Source of the DNA: Clostridia bacterium
Lineage (GTDB): Bacteria; Bacillota; Clostridia; Oscillospirales; CAG-272
NCBI GenBank assembly: GCA_017441005.1
Contig: JAFSAM010000044.1
Coordinates: 31,049 to 95,048, forward strand
DNA: 64,000 nucleotides
Direction of reading: 5' to 3'
Both the position numbers and the translations under genes were made by a program. Below, in pieces: positions 53,659 through 61,937 of the stretch (position 1 is the stretch's first letter; the number at the start of each line of letters is the position of its first letter). Under the pieces are notes generated by a model that saw only the letters and a list, made by a program, of their open reading frames with translations, was not told the origin of the DNA and searched no databases.

Positions 53659-53931
53659 GGTAGGTTTCCTCCAAAAAAACTGTGTGTGATTTATAAAAAA
53701 ATATGTTTGCAAAGATGATCAAAAAAAAGCAACCGTTCGGCACAAATGGCAGATGTGACAAATGTAATAAAATGCCATAAAATAGTATCAGATATGCAAA
53801 ACGGAATCTCCTTCGAAACAAGGATGTGGCGAAGGCCGAAATAACAAGGATCGTGTGCTGAAAAATACTTCGGGGAGGCCGTTATTATATAGATATCTAT
53901 ACTGCGCGAAAAAGCATATAAATTGGCAGTA

Positions 53932-53984
53932 TTAAGAAAAAACAAAGACAGCGAGGGGAGAGCAAATGAGCTCTCTCTTTGTTT
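53932..53984 (-). terminator. Terminator after ispF
   Basis: An imperfect long hairpin (outer AAACAAAGA/TCTTTGTTT, inner GAGAGC/GCTCTC) immediately after the stop codon. In the minus sense it is followed by TTTTTT. Confidence 0.6.
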
Positions 53985-54461
53985 TTAGCATTTTACAATA
54001 AGGCATACCGCGTGTGCGGCGATGCCTTTTTTTTCGCCGGTAAAACCGAGATTTTCTTCTGTGGTCGCTTTGACGTTTACTGCCGACATTTCGACAGAAT
54101 AGGCTTTTGCAATATTTTTTTGCATTTGCTCGATATATGGGCGCACCTTCGGGGCCTGCATTATCAACGTTGCATCGATGTTGGATATCTTGTAGCCGTT
54201 ATCTTTCAGAAGTTCCGCTGTTTTGGCGGCGAGGATGAAGCTGTCAATGTTTTTGTATTTGCCGTCGGTATCGGGAAAGTGAAGGCCAATGTCGCCGAGC
54301 CCCAAAGCACCGATGACAGCATCCATAATTGCATGGATGAGCACGTCGGCGTCGGAGTGGCCGTCAAGCCCCTTATCGTATGGAATATCAACACCGCCGA
54401 GAATGAGCTTCCTGCCTTCGACCAATCTGTGTACGTCGTATCCGTGTCCGATTCTGATCAT
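53985..54461 (-). CDS. ispF: 2-C-methyl-D-erythritol 2,4-cyclodiphosphate synthase
   Basis: 158 aa. [64 protein letters not shown]. Confidence 0.96.
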   Translation of the reverse strand: MIRIGHGYDVHRLVEGRKLILGGVDIPYDKGLDGHSDADVLIHAIMDAVIGALGLGDIGLHFPDTDGKYKNIDSFILAAKTAELLKDNGYKISNIDATLIMQAPKVRPYIEQMQKNIAKAYSVEMSAVNVKATTEENLGFTGEKKGIAAHAVCLIVKC

Positions 54462-55246
54462 TTATTTTCCTCCTCGGCAGATTGTCTTGATTTCAAGATT
54501 GCATCTGCAATTATAAGGTCTTCCTTTGTGGTGATCTTGAGGTTGTTTCGTCCGCAGTCGACAAGCTTAATTTTAAAGCCGTAGTTTTCGACCAGCATAC
54601 AGTCGTCGGTAGCAACAAGTCCCTCTTTTTTAGCCGAGAAAGCACAGGCTCTGTATACCGAGGCTCTGAATACCTGCGGTGTTTGTGCGCTCCAGGCAAA
54701 ATTCCTGTCGGGGGTTGACTGAATAAACATATTTGAGTCAGCCATTTTTAGCGTATCGTATATCTTTGATGCGGCGCAGGCACAACCGTCTGTGTAGGCG
54801 GCTTTTACAACGTCTTTTATGTTTTCTCCGGTGATCAGACATCTGACTCCGTCGTGAATTGCTACGTAATCTGCTTCCTCTGAGACTGCTTTGAAGCCGT
54901 TGAGAACCGACTCCTGTCGAGTCTCTCCGCCTTCTACGATCTTTGTGACCTTTGTTAAGCCGTATTTGTTTATTATTTTCGTGTATAGCTCGATCTCGTC
55001 GGACTTTGCGACAATGACTATTTCATCTATATACGGGGAGGATTGGAATTCGATGACAGTTCTTGCGACTATAGGCATACCGTCAAGAAGCATAAATTGT
55101 TTTGTTGTGCCGTCTGCACTCTGCATACGGGTGCCGCTTCCTCCGACGGTAATTATTGCTGATGTCATAGGCTTGGAAAACTTGAGTGTAAGCTTATCAA
55201 GCATACCCGAAACAGCTTTTGCGGTTTTTTGGAAAAAATTGCTCAT
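54458..55246 (-). CDS. ispD: 2-C-methyl-D-erythritol 4-phosphate cytidylyltransferase
   Basis: Track ORF runs to 55432, an implausible hydrophobic AT-rich extension. ATG 55246 ([10 protein letters not shown]...) lies 9 nt after GGAG. The IspD core begins at [34 protein letters not shown] (alternative start 55168, no SD). ATGA overlap with ispF. Confidence 0.88.
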   Translation of the reverse strand: MSNFFQKTAKAVSGMLDKLTLKFSKPMTSAIITVGGSGTRMQSADGTTKQFMLLDGMPIVARTVIEFQSSPYIDEIVIVAKSDEIELYTKIINKYGLTKVTKIVEGGETRQESVLNGFKAVSEEADYVAIHDGVRCLITGENIKDVVKAAYTDGCACAASKIYDTLKMADSNMFIQSTPDRNFAWSAQTPQVFRASVYRACAFSAKKEGLVATDDCMLVENYGFKIKLVDCGRNNLKITTKEDLIIADAILKSRQSAEEENK

Positions 55247-55426
55247 CGTATTAACTCCGTTATCATTAATGATGCATATCGGCATAATTATAATTATTAT
55301 AGCACAAATGGAATGTAAAAATCTACATATTTTGAAAAATTTATTAAAAAAATGGTTAGATGCTCTAAAAAAAAGAAATGAGCGAAGAATTATTAAAAAA
55401 AGAGGGAGGAAAATGAAAAAAACTAT

Positions 55427-55454
55427 TTGCAAAACGGATAATATATGTTATAAT
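55427..55454 (+). promoter_or_regulatory. Promoter of the cdaA operon
   Basis: TTGCAA (55427..55432), 16 nt, TGt-TATAAT (extended -10; -10 at 55449..55454). Confidence 0.55.
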
Positions 55455-55480
55455 ATATTAATTATAAAAAATGTCTGGCG

Positions 55481-56461
55481 GTGGTTGTTATTATCAAGGA
55501 ATACTTCAAGGGACTCATCGACGTATTTAAGTCTCAGATGAAAGCGTTTTCGTTCGGCGTAAACGATTTCTTCGACATTTTGATCGTTGCTATGTTGCTG
55601 TACTACGTCTACAAGTTTATAAAGCAGAGGCGTGCGGGCAAGCTTGCCTTGGGTCTCGGTGTCATACTTCTTGTAAACATTTTGAGTAACATATTCTCTC
55701 TCAGCGCATTGGGCTTTATAATAAGCAACTTTTTCCAGATAGGACTTCTTGCCATAGTAATTATTTTCCAGCCGGAGCTTCGCTCTGCGCTTGAACAGGC
55801 GGGCGGTACATCACTTAAGGGCTTAAAGAACCTGGGGGAAAAACACTCGCTTGAAAATACAGAAAAGCTTATAAACGAGCTTTGCGATGCTGCTTGTGTT
55901 ACGGCGAAGGACAAAACCGGTGCTCTGATCGTTTTTGAAAATAAACTTGCACTCAATGACGTGGTCGCAAGCGGAACCGTAATAAACGCAGATGTTTCAT
56001 CGTTTTTACTCAGAAACATATTTTTTGAAAACACCCCTCTCCACGACGGCGCGGTCGTGATCAGGGATGGAAGAGTGTGTGCTGCAGGTTGCTTTTTGCC
56101 TCTTTCGGAAAGCAATACTATTGAAAAGGAACTGGGCACAAGACACCGTGCTGCGATCGGAATGAGCGAGGTCAGCGACGCTATGGTACTTGTTGTGTCC
56201 GAGGAGACGGGTACTATATCCTTGACAAGGAACGGAGAGATCAGAAGAAACTTTGACTATGCCGGACTGAAAAAGGAGCTTACAGCTTTCTTTGTTCCCG
56301 ATGAGGGTGCGACTCCAAAGAAGATGTTTAGTATAATTCCTCAGAAATCATCCAAAAAAACAGAAAAGCCCGCCAAGAAGGAAAAGAAGAAAAAAAAGGC
56401 GGAGTTGCCGACTGATGATGAGATAGGACTTAGTTCGTTTGACGGAGATAGTGAAGAATGA
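55481..56461 (+). CDS. cdaA: Diadenylate cyclase CdaA (c-di-AMP synthase)
   Basis: 326 aa from GTG 55481. The start is uncertain, and ATG 55538 is the alternative. It has 3 N-terminal TMs. DAC domain motifs: TGALIVFE, PLHDGAVVIRDGRVCAAGCFLPLS, LGTRHRAAIGMSE, VVSEETGTISL. The C-terminal Lys-rich tail is unusual. Confidence 0.9.
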   Translation: MVVIIKEYFKGLIDVFKSQMKAFSFGVNDFFDILIVAMLLYYVYKFIKQRRAGKLALGLGVILLVNILSNIFSLSALGFIISNFFQIGLLAIVIIFQPELRSALEQAGGTSLKGLKNLGEKHSLENTEKLINELCDAACVTAKDKTGALIVFENKLALNDVVASGTVINADVSSFLLRNIFFENTPLHDGAVVIRDGRVCAAGCFLPLSESNTIEKELGTRHRAAIGMSEVSDAMVLVVSEETGTISLTRNGEIRRNFDYAGLKKELTAFFVPDEGATPKKMFSIIPQKSSKKTEKPAKKEKKKKKAELPTDDEIGLSSFDGDSEE

Positions 56462-57723
56462 ATAATAATATTTCGAGTGAAAAAGAAAAAAGATCCCGTT
56501 CCGCGGGTTCGGGCAGGGTGATGGATTTCATAGCCAAGATTGCATGCTTGGTGGTTGCATTCTTTATTTGGTTTTATGCAATGAGCTCTGATGTTGTCAC
56601 ACTGGAGAGAGATTTTACAGTTCCCGTAGTTTTTGAAAATGAGGACATTCTTCTTGAAAAGACGGGTTGGTCCGTTCTTTCCGGAAAGGGAAACAGCATA
56701 GTCGTGACCCTGAAGGGTAAAAGAAATACGGTAAACAAGATCAACGATTCCGACATACGCGCGACAGTAGATGTTTCCAATGTAGAAAAGGCAGGGATCC
56801 AGGAGCTTGTTATAAAAGTATCGGCGCCTACAGAGTGCGAGGTAGTCAATATGTCGGTCTCAAGCATTTCGCCAAATATTGATAAAAGGGTGACAAAGAC
56901 CGTTCCCGTAAAGGTTGTATATTATGATTGCACTACGCCTACCGACCAGGAGCTTGAGACGGTGCTGAACGTTTCCTCCGTCGAGATAACAGGCCCGGAA
57001 TCCGAGCTTGATAAGGTAGATGCGGCGCAGGCAGATCTTTCCCCGGGATATGTTACGCAAAGCTTGAAGATGACCGCCCCCCTCAGATTGGTGGACCAAA
57101 ACGGAAACGATATTAAGAGCGATTACGTTACGCTGAATACAAAGACTGTCAATGTCACCGCAAAGCTGTTTGCTTCAAGGGAATTGATCCTGTCGGTTGA
57201 TAACAAATACGGTTATTTCAATGATAACAACGTAAGTATATCCATCACTCCGCAGGTGATCACCGTGCGAGGAGAGCCATTGCTCCTTGAGGAAAAATTC
57301 AAGGACGGGAAGCTTGTCGTGGCTGTGCTGGACGAAAAGAAATTTGTTTCGGACGGCAAGCAAGAGGTTCCGATCGTTTTGCCCGAGGGTGTGACCTTGA
57401 CAACCACCGAAACAAAGGCGGAGATCGACGTAAGACATATAAACACTGATATAAAGACAGTAACGGTAAGTGATATTCAGCTCAAGAATATCGGCGGACT
57501 TGATTGCGAGCTTCAGACAGAGAGTTTGAACATTATGCTGAGAGGGCCTTACGATCTGCTTTCGACTATCGGAGAAGATGACATTACTCTGACAGCAAAT
57601 ATGAAAAACTACAGCTCGGTAACGGGTATAATGGTCATTCCCGTTTCCGTAAGCTTTTCTTCCGAATACGAACGCTCCGTCTACGAGCTTGAAAGCTATT
57701 CGGTTACGGTGAATATCAAATAA
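56458..57723 (+). CDS. cdaR: CdaR (YbbR-domain regulator of CdaA)
   Basis: 421 aa with an ATGA overlap with cdaA. One N-terminal TM, then repeated beta-rich YbbR-like modules. Position directly after cdaA is conserved in Firmicutes. Confidence 0.8.
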   Translation: MNNNISSEKEKRSRSAGSGRVMDFIAKIACLVVAFFIWFYAMSSDVVTLERDFTVPVVFENEDILLEKTGWSVLSGKGNSIVVTLKGKRNTVNKINDSDIRATVDVSNVEKAGIQELVIKVSAPTECEVVNMSVSSISPNIDKRVTKTVPVKVVYYDCTTPTDQELETVLNVSSVEITGPESELDKVDAAQADLSPGYVTQSLKMTAPLRLVDQNGNDIKSDYVTLNTKTVNVTAKLFASRELILSVDNKYGYFNDNNVSISITPQVITVRGEPLLLEEKFKDGKLVVAVLDEKKFVSDGKQEVPIVLPEGVTLTTTETKAEIDVRHINTDIKTVTVSDIQLKNIGGLDCELQTESLNIMLRGPYDLLSTIGEDDITLTANMKNYSSVTGIMVIPVSVSFSSEYERSVYELESYSVTVNIK

Positions 57724-57734
57724 AAAGAGGAAAT

Positions 57735-59330
57735 ATGATGCGGATAGTTATAAGAGACGTGCGTTTAAATGCTTTGGCATCGGATAACGATGCCGAAGCA
57801 GCAGCAAAAAAACAACTGAATAGTGTGTTTGGCGCAAATGGGTTTCGAAACGTATCCGTATACAGAAGTTCGGTTGATGCGAGGCACGTTAATAATATTA
57901 CCAAGGTCTTTTCGGTTTGCGCGGACATTGAATGTAACGGGATCTCTGATGATGTACTGAAAAAACTAAATGCTACGGTGCTTGAGAATGGCGCTTTAGA
58001 CGTTAAGTACGGCAATGAAAAGGCAGAATACAGACCGCTTATCGTCGGATTTGGTCCGGCGGGAATGTTTTGCGGTCTTGTGCTTGCGGAGAACGGATAC
58101 CGTCCGATAATAATCGAGCGGGGAAACGATATTTCCGAGCGTGACAGGGCAGTGATGCTTTTCAGAACAAAGGGTATACTTGACACCGAAAGCAACGTAC
58201 AGTTCGGAGCGGGTGGCGCAGGCACTTTTTCGGACGGTAAACTTGTTACACGAATAAACGATAAAAACTGCAGATATGTTATAGAGTCATTTCATAAATT
58301 CGGAGCTCCGGACAGTATTTTAACTAATGCAAAGCCGCATATAGGCACGGATAATCTCGGAAGGATAGTTTCTGCAATAAAGGAGCGTATAACGGAATGC
58401 GGCGGCGAGGTGTTTTTCAACACCCGTTTTGAAGGCTACAAAAAAATAGGCGGCGGATTGTCCGTAAAAACATCTAAGGGCGATCTTTCATGCAGCACTC
58501 TTGTTCTTGCAACGGGACACAGTGCGAGGGATACTTATACCAATTTGGCGGAAGCGGGACTTGAAATGGTATCGAAGGCTTTTTCCGTCGGTGTGAGGGT
58601 AGAGCAGCTTCAAGCTGAGATAAACAGATCGGTTTACGGCAGATATGCAAAGATGCTTGGAAATGCCGAATATAATTTTTCGTACCGAAAGGGCGAAAGG
58701 GCAGTATATACTTTTTGTATGTGTCCCGGCGGCCATGTCGTAGAGGCTGCGTCGGAAGAAGAAACTGTTGTTGTAAACGGAATGAGCAATTATAAGCGCG
58801 ACGGCGAAAACTCCAATGCCGCGCTTGTCGTTTCGGTTTTGCCTGAGGACTGCGGAGGCTCGCTTTTTGACGGAATGAATTTCCAAAGACAGCTTGAAAG
58901 AAAAGCTTTTGTTATGGGCGGCAGTGATTACGGTGCACCCATACAAACCGTGGGCGATTATTTAAACGGTACGAGCGGTAGCGCGCCCACAAGAATAAAA
59001 CCGTCGTATATGGACGGAAAAAGAAACAGACTGTGCGATTTAAACGGTTTGTTTCCGGGCTATATAAACTCGTTTTTAAAAGAGGGATTGTGCAGATTTG
59101 AAAAGAAGATAAAGGGTTATGCCCCAGCCGATGCAATTATGACGGGCGTCGAAACAAGGACCTCGTCCCCGATACGAATCGTGAGAAATGAGATGCTTCT
59201 GTCTCCGACACTTGACCGTATTTATCCCTGCGGAGAGGGTGCGGGTTATGCGGGAGGCATCACAAGTGCTTCGGTCGACGGAATAAGAGTAGCGCTGAAA
59301 ATTATGGAAAGGTACAAACCTTTAGTTTGA
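57735..59330 (+). CDS. FAD-dependent protein (COG2509-type NAD(FAD)-utilising dehydrogenase)
   Basis: 531 aa. Dinucleotide fold LIVGFGPAGMFCGLVLAENGYRPIIIERG, then GAGGAGTFSDGKL and the C-terminal YPCGEGAGYAGGI. Confidence 0.8.
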   Translation: MMRIVIRDVRLNALASDNDAEAAAKKQLNSVFGANGFRNVSVYRSSVDARHVNNITKVFSVCADIECNGISDDVLKKLNATVLENGALDVKYGNEKAEYRPLIVGFGPAGMFCGLVLAENGYRPIIIERGNDISERDRAVMLFRTKGILDTESNVQFGAGGAGTFSDGKLVTRINDKNCRYVIESFHKFGAPDSILTNAKPHIGTDNLGRIVSAIKERITECGGEVFFNTRFEGYKKIGGGLSVKTSKGDLSCSTLVLATGHSARDTYTNLAEAGLEMVSKAFSVGVRVEQLQAEINRSVYGRYAKMLGNAEYNFSYRKGERAVYTFCMCPGGHVVEAASEEETVVVNGMSNYKRDGENSNAALVVSVLPEDCGGSLFDGMNFQRQLERKAFVMGGSDYGAPIQTVGDYLNGTSGSAPTRIKPSYMDGKRNRLCDLNGLFPGYINSFLKEGLCRFEKKIKGYAPADAIMTGVETRTSSPIRIVRNEMLLSPTLDRIYPCGEGAGYAGGITSASVDGIRVALKIMERYKPLV

Positions 59331-59343
59331 ATCAAAGATCGAA

Positions 59344-59742
59344 ATGAAACAGTTTGGTACAGTTGTTGAAACTGATGGGAAGATGGCAAGGGTAGAGTGT
59401 GACAGACAGTCTGCCTGCGATATGTGCGAAAATGCGGAGCATTGCGTTGAAAAATGCAAGAAGGTATATACAAATGCTTTGAATACTTTGGGAGCAGAGA
59501 CGGGAGATTTGGTTGAAATAGAGACCGAGACGTCAAGAGTGCTTGTCAGTGCTTTAATAGTTTTTTTATTACCTGTATTGTTGGCTATAGGTGCGAATTT
59601 TATTGCAAACAGGATGTTCGGAGAGGGCGTCTCTGTTCTTATAACCTTTGCAGTACTGGTGGGCAGTGTTGTTTTGTTCAGTTTTTTGCTGAACAGACGT
59701 GCAAAAAAAAGAGTAGTAAGCAGGATTGTGAGAATACTCTGA
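59344..59742 (+). CDS. RseC/MucC-family (SoxR-reducing system-like) small membrane protein
   Basis: 132 aa. MKQFGTVVETDGKMARVECDRQSACDMCENAEHC... followed by two TM helices. This is the typical RseC layout. Confidence 0.75.
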   Translation: MKQFGTVVETDGKMARVECDRQSACDMCENAEHCVEKCKKVYTNALNTLGAETGDLVEIETETSRVLVSALIVFLLPVLLAIGANFIANRMFGEGVSVLITFAVLVGSVVLFSFLLNRRAKKRVVSRIVRIL

Positions 59743-59780
59743 TCAAATTCGTAAAAAAATGAAAGTGAGATATAAAAAAG

Positions 59781-61910
59781 ATGGTGAAAAAGAAAGAGTG
59801 GAAAATCAAGTGTGACAGCAGTGCACAGATTGCCGAGATCAAGGCTATTGCCGAAAAGCTCGGAATAAAGACCTTGACCGCACAGCTGTTGTACAACCGC
59901 GGGTATAAGACCCAAGAGGAAGCAGAATGCTTTGTGAAGAATGAAAATATAAGTTTTCACGATTCATTCCTGCTCTCCGATATGGATAAGGCAGTCGCGA
60001 GAATCATGACGGCTATCGAAAATAACGAGAAGATCGTTATTTACGGTGACTATGACGTTGACGGCGTGACATCTGTAAGCATTTTGTACCTTTATTTGAA
60101 GGAAAAGGGCGGTGACGTAAGTTACTACATACCCAGCAGAACCGGTGAGGGCTACGGAATCAATCCTTCCGCAATAGAAAGCCTTGCCGAAAAGGATACA
60201 AAGTTGCTTATTACCGTTGATACCGGAATAACTGCTGTTGCCGAGACAGAGTACGCGAAATCACTTGGTATGGACGTGCTTATAACCGATCACCACGAGT
60301 GTCAGAGTGAGCTTCCCGCAGCGTGTGCGATTGTAAATCCGAGACGCCCCGATTGCATTTATCCATTTAAGGAGCTTGCGGGTGTAGGTGTTGTATTTAA
60401 GCTCCTTTGTTCATTGGAACGCACCTTCTGCAAGGATAGCGGAGATTGGTTGAGAACTGTTTGCGATACCTACGGTGACATTGTGGCTATCGGTACCGTT
60501 GCCGACGTTATGCCTCTTGTTGACGAAAACAGACTTATCGTAAGCCGTGGATTGAAGCTTATTGAAAAGATAAACCGCCCCGGAATCGAGGCATTGCTTG
60601 AGCTTTCGGGAGCAGTATCAAATCCCAAGGCGGGAGTACAGAAAAAGAGAAGAATAACCTCGACTCTTATCAGCTACGTTATCGCACCGAGGATCAATGC
60701 GGCGGGCAGAATAAGCGATGCGACAAGGGCAGTTGAATTATTCCTCAGTGAAACGGCGTCTGATGCCCGTTTGATCGCCGAGGAGCTTTGCGATACAAAC
60801 CGTATGAGACAGGCGGAAGAAAATAAGATCATGGAGCAGGCTTATGAAAAGATATGCAACGAGCATGATTTTGAAAATGATAAGGTAATTGTATTGGCAG
60901 AGGATAATTGGCACAATGGAGCTATCGGTATCGTCGCTTCGAGAATAACTGAAAAATATAATTTGCCTTCAATACTTATATCGTTTGACGGAAACGTAAG
61001 CAAGGGCTCCGGTCGAAGTATAAAGGGTCTTAATCTTGTTGACGCTTTGGGCTATTGCTCCGATCTTCTTATAAAATACGGCGGTCACGAGCTTGCCGCG
61101 GGACTTTCGATCGAAAGAGAGAAGCTTCCCGAATTCAAGAGGAAGATAAATGAGTATGCGGCGATGCATCTTAAACCTGAGAATATGGTAACACAGATAG
61201 ATGTAGATGCGGAGATAAACGAGGAGGATATTACCCTTGAAAATGCCGAGGAGCTGTTTTTGCTTGAGCCTTTCGGAATTTCAAATCCCGTTCCCGTTTT
61301 TATGGTGAGGGATGCTTATGTTATGGAGGCTATGCCCATAGGGTCAAACAGACATACAAGGTATACAGTCAAAAAAGGACAAAAAACTGTCAACGCACTT
61401 TATTTCGGAAAGAATCCCGCGGAGCTTGATCTGTTTTCGGGTGATACTGTAGACGTTGTATTTAATCTTGACGTAAACGAGTATATGAAGAATAAAAACG
61501 TTCAGCTTACGGTAAGAGATATAAGAGCGGGAGAAAAAACGCGCAATATCCGTGCCGAAAAAAGAGCGAAGTACGACGAAATAAAAAACGGCAGAATGAT
61601 ATTGCAAAATGAGGGAATAGTTCCTTCAAGAGAAGATTTTGTAAACGTATACTATGCGATCCAGAGAGAGTTGAGACAGGGGAACGAAAACATTTCCGTT
61701 TATTCCTTGGAACGACAGTTGAACGGTATGAGCTATGTCAAGGTAAGGTTTATAATTGATATACTCAAAGAAACAAACGTATTCAAAATCGAAGAAAAGG
61801 ACGGAGAAGCAGATGCTTATACTGTCAAGATGAGCGGGCTGAAAAACAAGATCAATCTTGAAAAATCGTCCATTTTGAGATGGCTGAAAAGCAGGGTCGC
61901 AAAGGATTGA
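59781..61910 (+). CDS. recJ: Single-stranded-DNA-specific exonuclease RecJ
   Basis: 709 aa. DHH motifs: VIYGDYDVDGVTS, TVDTG, ITDHHE. DHHA1 GGHELAAG. Confidence 0.93.
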   Translation: MVKKKEWKIKCDSSAQIAEIKAIAEKLGIKTLTAQLLYNRGYKTQEEAECFVKNENISFHDSFLLSDMDKAVARIMTAIENNEKIVIYGDYDVDGVTSVSILYLYLKEKGGDVSYYIPSRTGEGYGINPSAIESLAEKDTKLLITVDTGITAVAETEYAKSLGMDVLITDHHECQSELPAACAIVNPRRPDCIYPFKELAGVGVVFKLLCSLERTFCKDSGDWLRTVCDTYGDIVAIGTVADVMPLVDENRLIVSRGLKLIEKINRPGIEALLELSGAVSNPKAGVQKKRRITSTLISYVIAPRINAAGRISDATRAVELFLSETASDARLIAEELCDTNRMRQAEENKIMEQAYEKICNEHDFENDKVIVLAEDNWHNGAIGIVASRITEKYNLPSILISFDGNVSKGSGRSIKGLNLVDALGYCSDLLIKYGGHELAAGLSIEREKLPEFKRKINEYAAMHLKPENMVTQIDVDAEINEEDITLENAEELFLLEPFGISNPVPVFMVRDAYVMEAMPIGSNRHTRYTVKKGQKTVNALYFGKNPAELDLFSGDTVDVVFNLDVNEYMKNKNVQLTVRDIRAGEKTRNIRAEKRAKYDEIKNGRMILQNEGIVPSREDFVNVYYAIQRELRQGNENISVYSLERQLNGMSYVKVRFIIDILKETNVFKIEEKDGEADAYTVKMSGLKNKINLEKSSILRWLKSRVAKD

Positions 61911-61937
61911 AAACTAACTGTAATTTAAGAGGCTTAT

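Noticed and set aside
55413-55541. Small ORF MKKTICKTDNICYNILIIKNVWRWLLLSRNTSRDSSTYLSLR preceded by AGAGGGAGGAAA
   Set aside because: The SD-like GGAGG is only 3 nt from the ATG, which is too close. The ORF overlaps the predicted cdaA promoter and start, and the sequence is AT-rich with no recognisable features. It is probably fortuitous.
59322-59960. 212-aa minus-strand ORF spanning the RseC-like gene and the recJ start
   Set aside because: It is antisense to two well-supported plus-strand genes and has hydrophobic low-complexity translation.
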